A stretch of DNA of 64,000 nucleotides, taken from NCBI GenBank assembly GCA_963709085.1, contig CAVPVB010000014.1, positions 13,094 to 77,093 of the forward strand. The letters run 5' to 3'. The position numbers were made by a program, and so were the translations under genes. The DNA comes from an uncultured Alphaproteobacteria bacterium. Lineage in GTDB: Bacteria; Pseudomonadota; Alphaproteobacteria; Acetobacterales; Acetobacteraceae. Positions within the stretch are counted from its first letter, which is position 1. Every line of letters starts with the position of its first letter. Below, piece by piece: positions 42,041 through 52,308 of this stretch. Under the pieces are notes generated by a model that saw only the letters and a program-made list of their open reading frames with translations, was not told the DNA's origin and made no database searches.

Positions 42041-43247
42041 CAGGGCTATCGCATTTGGCGCCCGGCCTGGGTGAGCAGGCGTAGGAGGAAGCTGTCGTCC
42101 CAGCCTGCTCGCTTGAGCTTGCTCTTCATTGACGCCTTGGAGCCTTCGAGCTTGGCCAGGTTGATGGCCATACGGCGCAATAGGGCGATGTTCTCCGGCC
42201 CGTTATCCAAGCGGTTCCGGGTCTGGTCCTCGTTCATGGTGACGTCGAGCACCCAGTGCAGACCGTTCTCAACCCCCCAATGGCTGCGGACAGCGTCGCC
42301 GAAACGCACTGCGTTGAGCGGTGTGCTGAGCAGATAGTAGGCGGTTTCGCTGGTAACCTTGGCGCCGACTTCGCGCATGCGGACCACCTTGCCGATGGCG
42401 GCCAGTCCCGGCCAGGTATGGCGCTCCTGCAGCCAGTCGATCTCGGTCGAGACCATGCTGGTGCGGGTCTCGATGCGGCCGTGGTCGCCGTCAACGGTGG
42501 TATGGGTGACCTCGGCCGCGCGCTGCGGGTCGTCCAGGAAGAGGCGGACGTCCTCGTAGAGGCTGGGCTGGTTACCCTTCAGCGCCAGCACGTAGTCGCC
42601 GCCTTGTTCGACCACCTGCGCAGCAATGGCGCGTTGGCAGTTGATGGCATCCGCGGTGACGATGCAGCCCTTGAGCGACAGCATTTCCAGCAGCTTCGGT
42701 ACCGCCGTGATCTCGTTCGACTTGCCGTCCACGGCCAGTTGCCCGAGAACCAACCGCTGATCCGCAGCCCAGGCACTGATCAAATGCAGCGGCGACTTGC
42801 CCGACGCGCGGTCGAAGGAATGCCGCAGCGTCTTGCCATCGATCGCTACCACGCCCTGGATGGTCTCGGCAAAGCGCTGCATGAAGGTCTGGAAGGCGGC
42901 GTGGAACCGCTTCGGATCGAGCAGACGGAACACCCGGCTGAACGTGTCGTGGCTCGGGATGCCGTGCTTCAGGCGCAGGAACTGCCGCAGGAATGGCTCC
43001 TTCGACTGCCCGAACAGCGCCATGTCCGAGCAGTCCTCGCCGCCGCAGAGCACCGTGCAAAGCGCGATGATCAGCAACTCGTGCAGGTTGTGGCGGGCAT
43101 TCGGCCGGCGCGGGTCGTCAACGCCCGCGAAGCACCCGACGAAATCCTCCATGGGCCGATCCTCCGATCAATCCCATGCTTCGAATCCATCCGCCCCAGC
43201 CCACGCAAGCCCCTACCGTCAAGGATTTCCCATATGCGAATCCCCTG
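42041..43247 (-). mobile_element. ISAs1-family element (type 2); transposase 42046-43152
   Basis: 10-bp TSD GTAGGGGGCT; IRs CAGGGCTATCGCA / TGCGAATCCCCTG; IPSHDTF, AIDGK, HWGVENGLHW. Confidence 0.95.
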
Positions 43248-43266
43248 GTAGGGGGCTCCTGAACGG

Positions 43267-44483
43267 CAGGGGAATCGCACTTGGAATTTCCTTGACAGCG
43301 CGACGGCGGCTTGCGCGGGGCGGGGCGATGGATTCTACCGGAGGGCGCGCGAAACCTGCGGTGGGAGGACGCCTTGGATCAGTTTGCCGGCTGCTGGGAG
43401 GGTCTGGAAGACCCACGAACCGGGAATGCCGGGCTGCATGACTTCCATGAGTTGCTGATGATTGCGCTGTGTACAGTGTTATGTGGCGGCCAGGGTGCGG
43501 TGGACATGGCTCGGTTTGCGGAAGCGAAAGAGCCGTTCCTGCGCGGCTTTCTCAAGCTGGAGAAGGGCATTCCAAGTCACGACACTTTCAGCCGCCTGTT
43601 CCGCCTGCTCGACCCGGCGCAGTTTGGCGCGGCGTTTCAGCGGTTCATGGCGCAGTTTTCGAGTACGGTTCAGGGCGTTGTAGCGATCGATGGCAAGGTT
43701 CTGCGTCGCTCCTTCGATCGCGCCAGCGGCAAGTCACCGCTGCACATGGTCAGTGCCTGGGGATGCGAGCAGCGCCTGGTGCTGGCGCAGATCGCCACCG
43801 ACGCCAAATCAAATGAGATCACCGCGGTGCCGAAGTTGCTGGAGATGCTGTCACTGAAAGGCACGATCGTGACCGCCGACGCGCTCAACTGCCAGCGGGC
43901 GATTGCTCAGCAGATCGTCGATCAGGGCGGCGACTATGCCCTGGCGCTGAAGGGCAATCAGGGCACGCTGCATGATGACGTCAGCACGTTCCTCAATGAC
44001 CCGGCCAGCAAACCGGCGACGAGCGCGCAAAACGTGGACGCCGATCACGGCCGCATCGAGACCCGCACGGCCACGGTCTCGACCGATATCGACTGGTTGC
44101 AGCGGGATCATCACTGGCCCGGCCTGGCGGCCATCGGCAAGGTTGTCCGTATCCGTGAAACCGCGAGCAAGACCACCACCGAGACCGCCTACTACCTTCT
44201 CAGCACAGCGCTATCCGCGACACGCTTCAACGAGGTCGTCCGCGAGCACTGGGGTGTCGAAAACCGGCTGCACTGGCGGCTGGATGTGGTGATGAACGAG
44301 GATCAGGACCGGACCAGACTGGGCAACGGGCCACACAATCTTGCGGTCCTGCGACACATGGCCCTGAACGTCATGCAGAAGGACGGCTCCAAGGGCTCTC
44401 TGCGCGGCAAGTTCCAACGGGCCGGTTGGAACGATGCCTATCTCTCCAAACTCCTCGGATCCTTCTGAAATGCGATTGCCCTG
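43267..44483 (+). mobile_element. ISAs1-family element (type 1); transposase ~43374-44468
   Basis: 10-bp TSD TCCTGAACGG; protein identical to the copy at 27487. Confidence 0.95.
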
Positions 44484-44744
44484 TCCTGAACGGCCTGAGA
44501 CCACCGTCCAGAACGGTATCGGGAACGAGAAGTCGTATGACCATCGGATACGTGGCGTGGGGCATATCGTGCGAAACTTACGACATTTGCGAAGGGGCAG
44601 GAGGGCACAGAAATTCAAGGGTTTTTTCCTTGCAAAATACCTATGCGGAAGTGGCCACTTTAGCAATATGTTTTGCGAGGTCTTCGGGGTGCCCGCGTGA
44701 AGCTCGGGTAAGCCGAACAAGCGCCGGCAGACTTGCCGCCAACG

Positions 44745-45126
44745 CGCGCGGCGTCGCCTTCGGACGGCCGAAAAATGCAACCAAATCAGCAGGAACTGGC
44801 CCGGGAACTTGTCAGAGACGGGAAATCGATCAGCGCCGTCGCCAGGACCTTCAACGTCTTACCTTTACCCGCATCGTGGCAAAGCCCTGCGCTACTATAG
44901 AACGACATCATGTCGATCCGCAGCCGAGCGCCGAAAATGGCAGATTTTCCAAATGCCCGTTGCGAAAGCGGGCGTATGCTGCACCTGCGTTCCAAGGGGC
45001 TTCCCTCAGCTACGGCGCACAGATGGCTAGGCTAACATAATGATAAAATTGCATCTTTCTAGATGCGGGTAAAGGTAAGCCTTCAACGTCCATCCGGCGA
45101 CGATCTACCGCGTCATCGAGGGATAG
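44745..45126 (+). pseudogene. tnpR: Serine resolvase C-terminal HTH remnant, split by a MITE
   Basis: ARGVAFGRPK / QELARELVRDGKSISAVARTFNV | HPATIYRVIEG*; stop lies next to the Tn3-type IR. Confidence 0.75.
44858..45079. mobile_element. 222-bp MITE with IS4 type B-like IRs
   Basis: IRs CTTACCTTTACCCGCATC / GATGCGGGTAAAGGTAAG; 10-bp TSD CCTTCAACGT. Confidence 0.92.
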
Positions 45127-45489
45127 GGGCCTTATGCTACTTTTCTGTTCCACCCTCAGCGCTCACGAGAATTGACCCGGGGTTGCTCACGGAAGTTGAC
45201 CCACTGACTTTAGTCCTACCGTTCTGACGATTGTCGTTGGTTGTCCCGGTCTGGCGCCCGCTCCGGGGTGGCGGCGCCTGCGACAACGCCGGTGCGGCGG
45301 CATTTGATCGTCGCTGGAGACATGATCAGGACCGGATACGGTCTTGGCGGGGTTGGCACGGGGGATAACAGAGGCACCGAGCACCTCGGCAAGCTGCCGG
45401 GAGCCTGCCAGACTTGAGGGCAAGCACGGCGCCGAACTCAACCTGCCAGTTTTGTCTCGACGCCGTGCCCCACATCGTGACGGGCACGA

Positions 45490-46008
45490 ATGCAGGGCGA
45501 GTATCCTGCCGACGGTGGCGTTCGTCTACGCCGCGTCTGCGTCGATGCGCAGAGCGAGCCGGGGTCTGGTCGTCTGTTCCTTTGCAGGAAGTGCAGTAGC
45601 GAAGTGGTCGTGTGCCGCCACTGCGACCGCGGGCAGATCTACTGTTTCGGCGACTGCGCCGGACAGGCGCGTCACCAGACGCTCCGGAAGGCAGGCGAGC
45701 GCTATCAGAAGACCCGTCGTGGCCAGGAGAAGCATGCCGCCCGGATGGGCCACCTGCGAGCGCGCAGAAAAAAAGTGACGCATCAGGGTTCACCCCCGCC
45801 GCCGGCGGGTGATCTGCTGGCGGCCGGCGCGATGGCGACCTCGCGCGACGACGCATCTCCGGCCGAGCCGCCCCGGCGAGCGACGACGCCCTGCCATTGG
45901 TGCGGTCGTCCCTGTCTGCCGCCGCTTCGCCCGGGGTTCCTGCGCCGCCGCGATCCCCGTCGCGGCCGTGTTGGCCACGCCCGGACGGAGCGCAATGCCC
46001 CATGGTGA
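45490..46008 (+). CDS. Cys-rich (putative Zn-binding) basic hypothetical protein
   Basis: RLFLCRKCSSEVVVCRHCDRGQIYCFGDC..RYQKTRRG..KKVTHQGSPP. Start uncertain. Confidence 0.65.
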   Translation: MQGEYPADGGVRLRRVCVDAQSEPGSGRLFLCRKCSSEVVVCRHCDRGQIYCFGDCAGQARHQTLRKAGERYQKTRRGQEKHAARMGHLRARRKKVTHQGSPPPPAGDLLAAGAMATSRDDASPAEPPRRATTPCHWCGRPCLPPLRPGFLRRRDPRRGRVGHARTERNAPW

Positions 46009-46075
46009 ACCCGATTGATGCGGCGGCGAGGATCCTGCGGGACGTGACCGGGGCAAGCGGGCCGTCCCGCCGGCG

Positions 46076-46996
46076 ATGACGTCCATGGACAGCCATCGTC
46101 TGGAGCTTGACCTGCACCAACTGGACCTGCGCTTTGCCGCCAGCCGCCTGGTGGAGCCGCAGGCGGTGGCGCGGATCGCCCAGTCCATCGAGCGGTGCGG
46201 TCAGATCGTGCCCTGCATTGTGGCGCCCGCTCCCGGTGGGGCCGGCGCGGGCGCAGCACCGCTGGTGCTGATCGACGGGTATCGGCGCGTCGCCGCGCTA
46301 CGCCGGCTGGGCCGCGACACGGCCAGTGTCGAGCAATGGACCTGTGGGCTGGCCGAAGCGGTGCTGGGGGTGTTGGCGCGCGCGCAGGATCGCTCGTTCG
46401 CCAGCATTGAGGAGGCGTTGCTGCTGCGCGAGCTGATGCAGGGCCAGGGCCTGTCGCAGCAGGAGCTGGCGCGTCGGTGCGGGCGCGACGTGAGCTGGGT
46501 GAGCCGGCGGCTGCAACTGCTGTCGGGTTTGCCCGATGCGGCGCTGGCGGCGGTGCGCACCGGCAAGCTGTCGGCTTGGGCGGCCAACCGGGTGGTGGTG
46601 CCGTTGGCGCGTGCCAATGCCGCCCATGCCGACAGCCTGCTGGCGGCGCTGGCTGCGTCACCGCTGTCGACCCGCGAGTTGCAGTGCTGGTTCGCCCACT
46701 ACCAGCAGGCCGCGCAAACGGTGCGCGAACGCATGGTCGGCGATCCCCGCTTGTTTCTCGACGCCCTGCGGGCGAACGACGAACGGCGCGCCGGCGAAAT
46801 TCTGCGGGACGGCCCGGAAGGCGAATGCGTCGTCGATATGCGCTGCCTCGAGGCGGTCATCGCGCGCCTGACGGGTCGCGTGGCGGCGCTGCAATCGGTG
46901 CCGCCGGCGCTGATCGCGGCGGTGCCGCGTCTGTGGTTGGCGCTCAACGTCCTGGCGATTGCGATCGACCGGGGGGATGCACGTGACCCCGGCTGA
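46076..46996 (+). CDS. ParB/Srx N-terminal domain + HTH protein
   Basis: IAQSIERCGQIVPCIV..LIDGYRRVAAL; IEEALLLREL..SQQELARRCGRDVSWVSRRL; overlaps the istA start. Confidence 0.85.
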   Translation: MTSMDSHRLELDLHQLDLRFAASRLVEPQAVARIAQSIERCGQIVPCIVAPAPGGAGAGAAPLVLIDGYRRVAALRRLGRDTASVEQWTCGLAEAVLGVLARAQDRSFASIEEALLLRELMQGQGLSQQELARRCGRDVSWVSRRLQLLSGLPDAALAAVRTGKLSAWAANRVVVPLARANAAHADSLLAALAASPLSTRELQCWFAHYQQAAQTVRERMVGDPRLFLDALRANDERRAGEILRDGPEGECVVDMRCLEAVIARLTGRVAALQSVPPALIAAVPRLWLALNVLAIAIDRGDARDPG

Positions 46997-48380
46997 GATT
47001 CGCACCGCGGTGCGCACGCTGCAGGTGCAGCGGCACAGCCTGCGCGAGATCAGCCGCCTGCTGGCGCTGTCACGCAACACCGTGCGGCGCATCCTGCGTG
47101 AGCCGGACGGCAACGTTGCCGAGGTGTTGCCGTGCGACGAGGCGACGCTGGTCCGCGTGAAGGCTGCCTTCGAGCAGGCTCGCGGCAACGTGGTGCGGGT
47201 GCGCGAACTGCTGGCCGACAACGGTCTGGAGGTGTCCTACAGCAGCTTGACCCGTTGGGTGCGGGAGGCCGGCCTGCGCAGTCCGCCGCGGCGTGCCGGC
47301 GAGTACGACTTCGCGCCCGGGCAGGAGATGCAGCACGACACCTCGCCGCATCGCGTGACCTTCGCGGGCGCCGGCAAGCCGGTGATCACGCAATGCGCCG
47401 GTCTGGTGCTGGCGTACTCGCGCCGGCTGTTCATCCAGTACTATCCGCGGTTCACCCGCTTCGAGGCCCGCGCGTTCCTGCTCGAGGCCACGCGCTTCAT
47501 GGCCGGTGCCTGTCCGGTCTGCATCATCGACAACACCAGCGTGCTGCTCGCCGCCGGCGCCGGCGCCGAGGCCCTCATCGCCCCGGAGATGGCGGCCTTC
47601 GCCCGCACTCTGGGCTTCCGGTTCCGCGCCCACCGGGTCGGGAATCCAGATCGCAAGGGCCGGATCGAAAGACCATTCGGCTATGTCGAGACGAATTTCC
47701 TGGCAGGCCGAAGCTTCGAAGATTTCGACGACCTCAACCGCCAGGCACTCGCCTGGTGCCGCGAGGTCGCTAACCGCAAGCCCAAGGCAGCGCTCGGCAT
47801 GTCGCCTGATGCGGCCTACGTCATCGAGCAGCCGCACCTCGTGCCGCTGCCCGACGCGCTGCCGCCGGTCTACGAGTTGCTGGAACGCGTCGTCGACCTG
47901 CACGGCTTTGTCAGCGTCGATACCAACCGCTACTCCGTGCCCGAGCGCTTCGTCGGCAAGTCCGTCGCTGTCTACAAGCACCCCGCCGAAATCCATGTCC
48001 GCCGCAAGGACACGACGATCGCCGTCCACCCGCGGCTGATCGCCGAGCGCGATGCCAGGAGCACCCTGCCTGGTCATCATACCATCCCCGTGCGGCAGGG
48101 TCGCAGCGCGGCGGCGGAAGAGGCATTGCTGAGCGGCCACCATCCCAGCCTCGACCGTTACGCCGCCGCCCTCAAGCTGCGCAGTCACGGATACGGGCGA
48201 CGGCCACTCCGCCGGCTGATCGAAATGAAGCGCACCTACCCGGCCGGCCCGTTCATCGCCGCCATCGAGCAAGCCCTGTACTACGGCCTGTTCGACCTCG
48301 GCCGGCTTGAAGATCTCATCCTCAAACAGGTCGCCGGCGACTTCTTCGCACTGACCAGCGGGAAAGACGACGATGCATGA
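46977..48380 (+). CDS. istA: IS21-family transposase (IstA-like)
   Basis: SLREISRLLALSRNTVRRIL, PGQEMQHDTS, CIIDNTSV, PDRKGRIERPFGYVE, VDTNRYSVP. Confidence 0.9.
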   Translation: MHVTPAEIRTAVRTLQVQRHSLREISRLLALSRNTVRRILREPDGNVAEVLPCDEATLVRVKAAFEQARGNVVRVRELLADNGLEVSYSSLTRWVREAGLRSPPRRAGEYDFAPGQEMQHDTSPHRVTFAGAGKPVITQCAGLVLAYSRRLFIQYYPRFTRFEARAFLLEATRFMAGACPVCIIDNTSVLLAAGAGAEALIAPEMAAFARTLGFRFRAHRVGNPDRKGRIERPFGYVETNFLAGRSFEDFDDLNRQALAWCREVANRKPKAALGMSPDAAYVIEQPHLVPLPDALPPVYELLERVVDLHGFVSVDTNRYSVPERFVGKSVAVYKHPAEIHVRRKDTTIAVHPRLIAERDARSTLPGHHTIPVRQGRSAAAEEALLSGHHPSLDRYAAALKLRSHGYGRRPLRRLIEMKRTYPAGPFIAAIEQALYYGLFDLGRLEDLILKQVAGDFFALTSGKDDDA

Positions 48381-49143
48381 CAAGCTGCGCGCGCTGATCG
48401 CCCAGTTGCGCCTGCACGGCATGGCCGAGGCACTCGACGCCGAGATCGAACGCGCCGAGCGCGAAGCGATCGCTGGACCCGAGTTGCTGTACCGGCTGCT
48501 CGGCCAGGAGGCCGCCGCCCGCCGCGAACGCAGCCTGGCGTATCGTCTGGGACAGGCGCGTCTGCCATGGCGGTGGTCACTCGACAGCTTCCCGTTCGAT
48601 CGGCAGCCCGGCGTGAGCCGCGCCCAGATCCAGACACTGGCCGGGCTGGACTTCCTGCGCCGGACCGACAACGTCCTGCTCATCGGCAAACCAGGCACCG
48701 GAAAGACCGGCCTGGCGATCGGTCTGTTGCGCGAGGCCTGCCTCAACGGCTACCGTGGCCGCTTCATCAACGCTCAAGTCCTGCTCGATGAACTCTACGC
48801 GTCTCTGGCCGATCGCACCACCACACGGCTGCTGGCTCAGCTGAGTCGCATGCAGCCCTTGCTGATTGACGAGCTGAGCTACCTCACGATCAAGCCGGAA
48901 CAAGCAAACGCATTCTTTCGTCTGATGGACCAACGCTACAACCGGGTCTCGACGATCATCACCACCAACCTTGAACTGTCCGACTGGTACGAGCTGTTCG
49001 ACAAGAAGCCGCTGGTCGATGCGCTGCTCGATCGCCTGCAGCACCACTGCATCACCATCCGCATCAACGGCCCGTCCCTGCGCAGCCCGGAGCCTCCGGC
49101 GCCAGCGTCGCCAACACCGGCGCGCCGCAGCACCAAGACCTGA
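48373..49143 (+). CDS. istB: IS21-family helper ATPase (IstB-like)
   Basis: SLDSFPF..QPG, GKPGTGKTGLA, LLIDELSY, RYNRVSTIITTN, ALLDRLQHH. Confidence 0.92.
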   Translation: MHDKLRALIAQLRLHGMAEALDAEIERAEREAIAGPELLYRLLGQEAAARRERSLAYRLGQARLPWRWSLDSFPFDRQPGVSRAQIQTLAGLDFLRRTDNVLLIGKPGTGKTGLAIGLLREACLNGYRGRFINAQVLLDELYASLADRTTTRLLAQLSRMQPLLIDELSYLTIKPEQANAFFRLMDQRYNRVSTIITTNLELSDWYELFDKKPLVDALLDRLQHHCITIRINGPSLRSPEPPAPASPTPARRSTKT

Positions 49144-49574
49144 AGGCCCCAGCAACACCACCGCCGCAGCACCGAGGCGGTGCCACGGCGCGCAAGGCGC
49201 GTCAACAGGTGGGTGCTCACCATGCTCGAAAATCGGCCCGCGCCGATTTTCTGCGCGTGGCTCCGCTCCCGCCGCGCAAGAAAGCGCGCGGCGCCTTTGA
49301 CTCGCCTCCCGCGCCGTGGCCTGCGGGTGGTGTCGGGACGGAAGGCGTCCCGACAATTCGACGCCCGGCGTCGAACGGAAGGCTGGGGTTTGGCAGCCGT
49401 CACGTCACGATCAATCGCGCCGTCGGGCCGTTGAGCCAGGTCAGCGCTGCCGGCTCTTCCCGGCCCGGCAGCCGCCGGGGGTGTGCCCGCCTCGCCGCGA
49501 CAGGACGCGCCGCCAGGGCCGTGACACGCGGCGACTTCTGACCGTTGTCATCACTGGGTCTCACGGGGTGTGAG

Positions 49575-50955
49575 CAGGGCCATCGCATACCCGGTCGAAA
49601 CGAGCAGCCACAGGCGATGTCCGCGGACAACAACGACTGCTGGCGTGGTGAGGGCGAGCGCCAACACGCCGGTGCGGGTCCGGTCGGGTCACGGGGCGGA
49701 TGCGTCGCCGGGCATCGCCGGTCAGACGTTGGTGGAAGCAGCGGCCTCAGGCGGCGGCGTGCAGTTGGCCGCCGCTGGCGAACCACCATTTCAGGTGTTC
49801 GATCGCGGCCGGCACCAATTCGGCCGGCCGGCGCAGGCTGTCGATCACGTTCAAGGCCTGGCGCCGCAGAATGGCGAAGACGGCCGGTCCCATGCCGACG
49901 CGCACGCGACAGGCATCCTCGCCCATGCCAACGTCGAGCCGGTTGTGCAGCGACGCCTCCACCCCCCAGTGTTCGCGCACTGCGGTCCGGAAGGCGCGCG
50001 GGCGCAGCCGGCGTGCGCAGATGAACACGCACGTCTCTGTCGTCGGCGGCCGGCCGCGCCGCGTGCTGTGGTAGGTGATCCGCCCCAGCGTCGCCAGTCC
50101 CTCACAGGCATGAGCCACGGCGATCTCCTGCACCACCCGCGGATCGGTAACCGTCTCGACAACGCGGATGTCGTGCCGCCCGTGCGTGCGTTCCTCGCTG
50201 CGCAACGCGTCCGCGGGCGGCACGGCAGGAAACCGCTGGGCGATGTCGGCCTGCAGCACTGCCTGGTTGCCCTTCACCGGCAGCAGCCAGTCGCCGCCGC
50301 GGCGGCGGATCAGGTCGCGGGTTTCCTGGTTGCAGTGCAAGGCATCGAGGCTCACCAGCGTGCCGGTGAGGTCGAGGTCGGGCCGCTGCAGCAGCGCGCG
50401 CGCCGCCGCGATCTCCTGCCCCGGACCGGGAAAGCCGACCGTGGCCAGCGTGCGCCGGTGGTCGATGTCCCAGGCATTCACCACCGACGCCGCTTGCTGG
50501 CCCCGCGCCGGTGACGCGCTGCCGCGGGTGACCTTGCCGTCGAGCGCCATCCGCCGGAGGCGTTGCCGCGCGGCGACGATCGCCTGCCCGGATTGCACCG
50601 CCCGGTCCAGCGCATCCGCATCCACCTTCGCCAGTACCCGGCCGATGGTGTCGTGGCTCGGTACCCGCACCAAACGGGTCGCGCGAAAGACGCGCGGCCC
50701 AATGTTGGCGCCGAACGCCGCGATCGCCGTCGGGCCGTTCGCACCACACACCATCGCGGCCGCCGCCAGCGACACCACGCCGACAAGGTCATACTGCAGC
50801 GCCGGACATGCCTGACGCTGGTCGCGCAAACCAGCAAATAGACGGCGAAACTTCTTGATTAACTCCTTCAAGCCATTCCCCCAACTGCCATGCGAAGGTC
50901 GTAGCCGAGAGGTATGTGGGATTCGATTGTCCCGATTCCATGCGCGATGGCCCTG
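49575..50955 (-). mobile_element. Divergent ISAs1-family element (type 3); transposase 49747 to ~50870
   Basis: IRs CAGGGCCATCGC / GCGATGGCCCTG; 10-bp TSD GGGGTGTGAG; VPSHDTI, ALDGK, SLDALHC, VKGNQ, HWGVEASLHNRLDV. Confidence 0.9.
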
Positions 50956-52308
50956 GGGGTGTGAGGCCCGGGCGGCAGGCATGGAGCCTTCGGTCAGGCG
51001 AAGGAAAATTTGCCGCCGACCACGGCGGCTACCGGCCGATCAGGCCACCTGACCACAAACTCATGCGCACCTACTGGGTCAACTTCCGTGAGCAACCCCG
51101 GGTCAATTCTCGTGAGCGCTGAGGGTTCCACTCAGCCGCACAGGCCAAAAAATACGTGGTGAAGCTCAGCGATGAGGAGCGGGGCCGGCTGACCGCGCTG
51201 ATCACCAAGGGCAAACACCCGGCGCGGCAGCAGCTGAAAGCGCGCATTCTGCTGAAGGCGGATGCGTCGGACGCCGGCGAAGCCTGGAGTGACAGCCAAA
51301 TTGCCGCAGCCCTGGAGACCAGCGTCGACACAGTTGCTCGGGCGCGCCAGCGGCTGGTGGAAGAGGGCGTCGATGCTGTGCTGACCTGCAAGCATTCGCC
51401 AGCCTCCGCCAGAAAACGCATCTTTGATGGAGAAGCCGAGGCGAAGCTGGTTGCCCTGGCCTGTTCGGCGCCCCCAGCGGGACGCGCGAAATGGACGCTA
51501 CGGCTTCTGGAAGAGACCGTCGTGGAGCTGAACATCGTTGAGCGGGCCAGCGACAACACGATCGGGCGGACGCTAAAAAAAACACGCTCAAGCCCCACCT
51601 GCGACAGCAATGGGTCATCCCGCCGGACGCCAACGCCGCCTTCGTAGCCAGCATGGAGGATGTGCTGGAAGTTTATCAAAGGCCGCACAACCCAACCCGC
51701 CCCGTGGTCTGCCTGGACGAGACCGCAAAGCAGTTGATTTCCGAAACGCGTGTGCCGATCGCGGCGAAGCCAGGGCAGGTTGCCCGCTACGACTACGAGT
51801 ATGAACGCAACGGCACCGCCAACCTGTTCATGATGTTCGCACCGCTGGAAGGCTGGCGGCACGTCAAGGTGACCGATCGCCACGCCGCCGTGGATTATGC
51901 GCAGGTCCTCAAGGAATTGTCCGACACGCACTTTCCTCACGCCGAGAAGATCGTCCTCGTGCAGGACAACCTCAACACCCACAAGGCGGCGTCGCTCTAC
52001 GAAGCCTTTCCGGCCGCCGAGGCGCGTCGGCTCGTCGAGCGCTTCGAATGGCACTACACCCCCAAGCACGGCAGCTGGCTGGACATGGCCGAGTCCGAAC
52101 TCGGCGTCCTGGCGTCGCAGTGTCTCGATCGCCGCATCCCCGACAAGCAGACCCTGATGGACGAAGTCGCCGCCTGGCAGGCCCGCCGCAACCGACACCA
52201 CACCAAAGCCGATTGGCAATTCACCACGGCCGATGCCCGGGTGAAACTGAAGAGGCTCTACCCAGCATTATGAGCGACGCAGGGCACTAGGATGTGGGTA
52301 AAGGTAAG

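Larger units (their letters stand above)
45154..51124 (+). mobile_element. IS21-like transposon bounded by perfect 50-bp IRs
   Basis: CCTCAGCGCTCACGAGAATTGACCCGGGGTTGCTCACGGAAGTTGACCCA at both ends, inverted; TSD GTTCCAC (45147-45153, 51125-51131; a 5-bp TTCCA reading is equally consistent). Confidence 0.75.
41969..51146. mobile_element. Tn3-family miniature derivative (~525 bp once nested elements are removed)
   Basis: ~38-bp IRs GGCCTGTGCGGCTGAG(C/T)GGAACAGAAAAGTAGCATAA; 5-bp TSD AAAAA (A7 in the intact IS630 becomes A6 + A6). Confidence 0.8.
41869..52286 (+). mobile_element. IS630 copy (41869-41968 + 51147-52286) split at codon ~8 of OrfA; ORF remainders ~51147-51647 and 51653-52273
   Basis: Both halves match the element at 21298-22532; TTAG / CTAG flanks. 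Confidence 0.9.
40655..52308 (+). mobile_element. IS4 type B copy lacking its 5' end (transposase ~40655-41864); right IR displaced to 52291-52308 by nested insertions
   Basis: ..GCGCTGAAT(41864) and GATGTGGGTAAAGGTAAG(52291) are contiguous across a CTAG in the copy at 7790. Confidence 0.85.
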
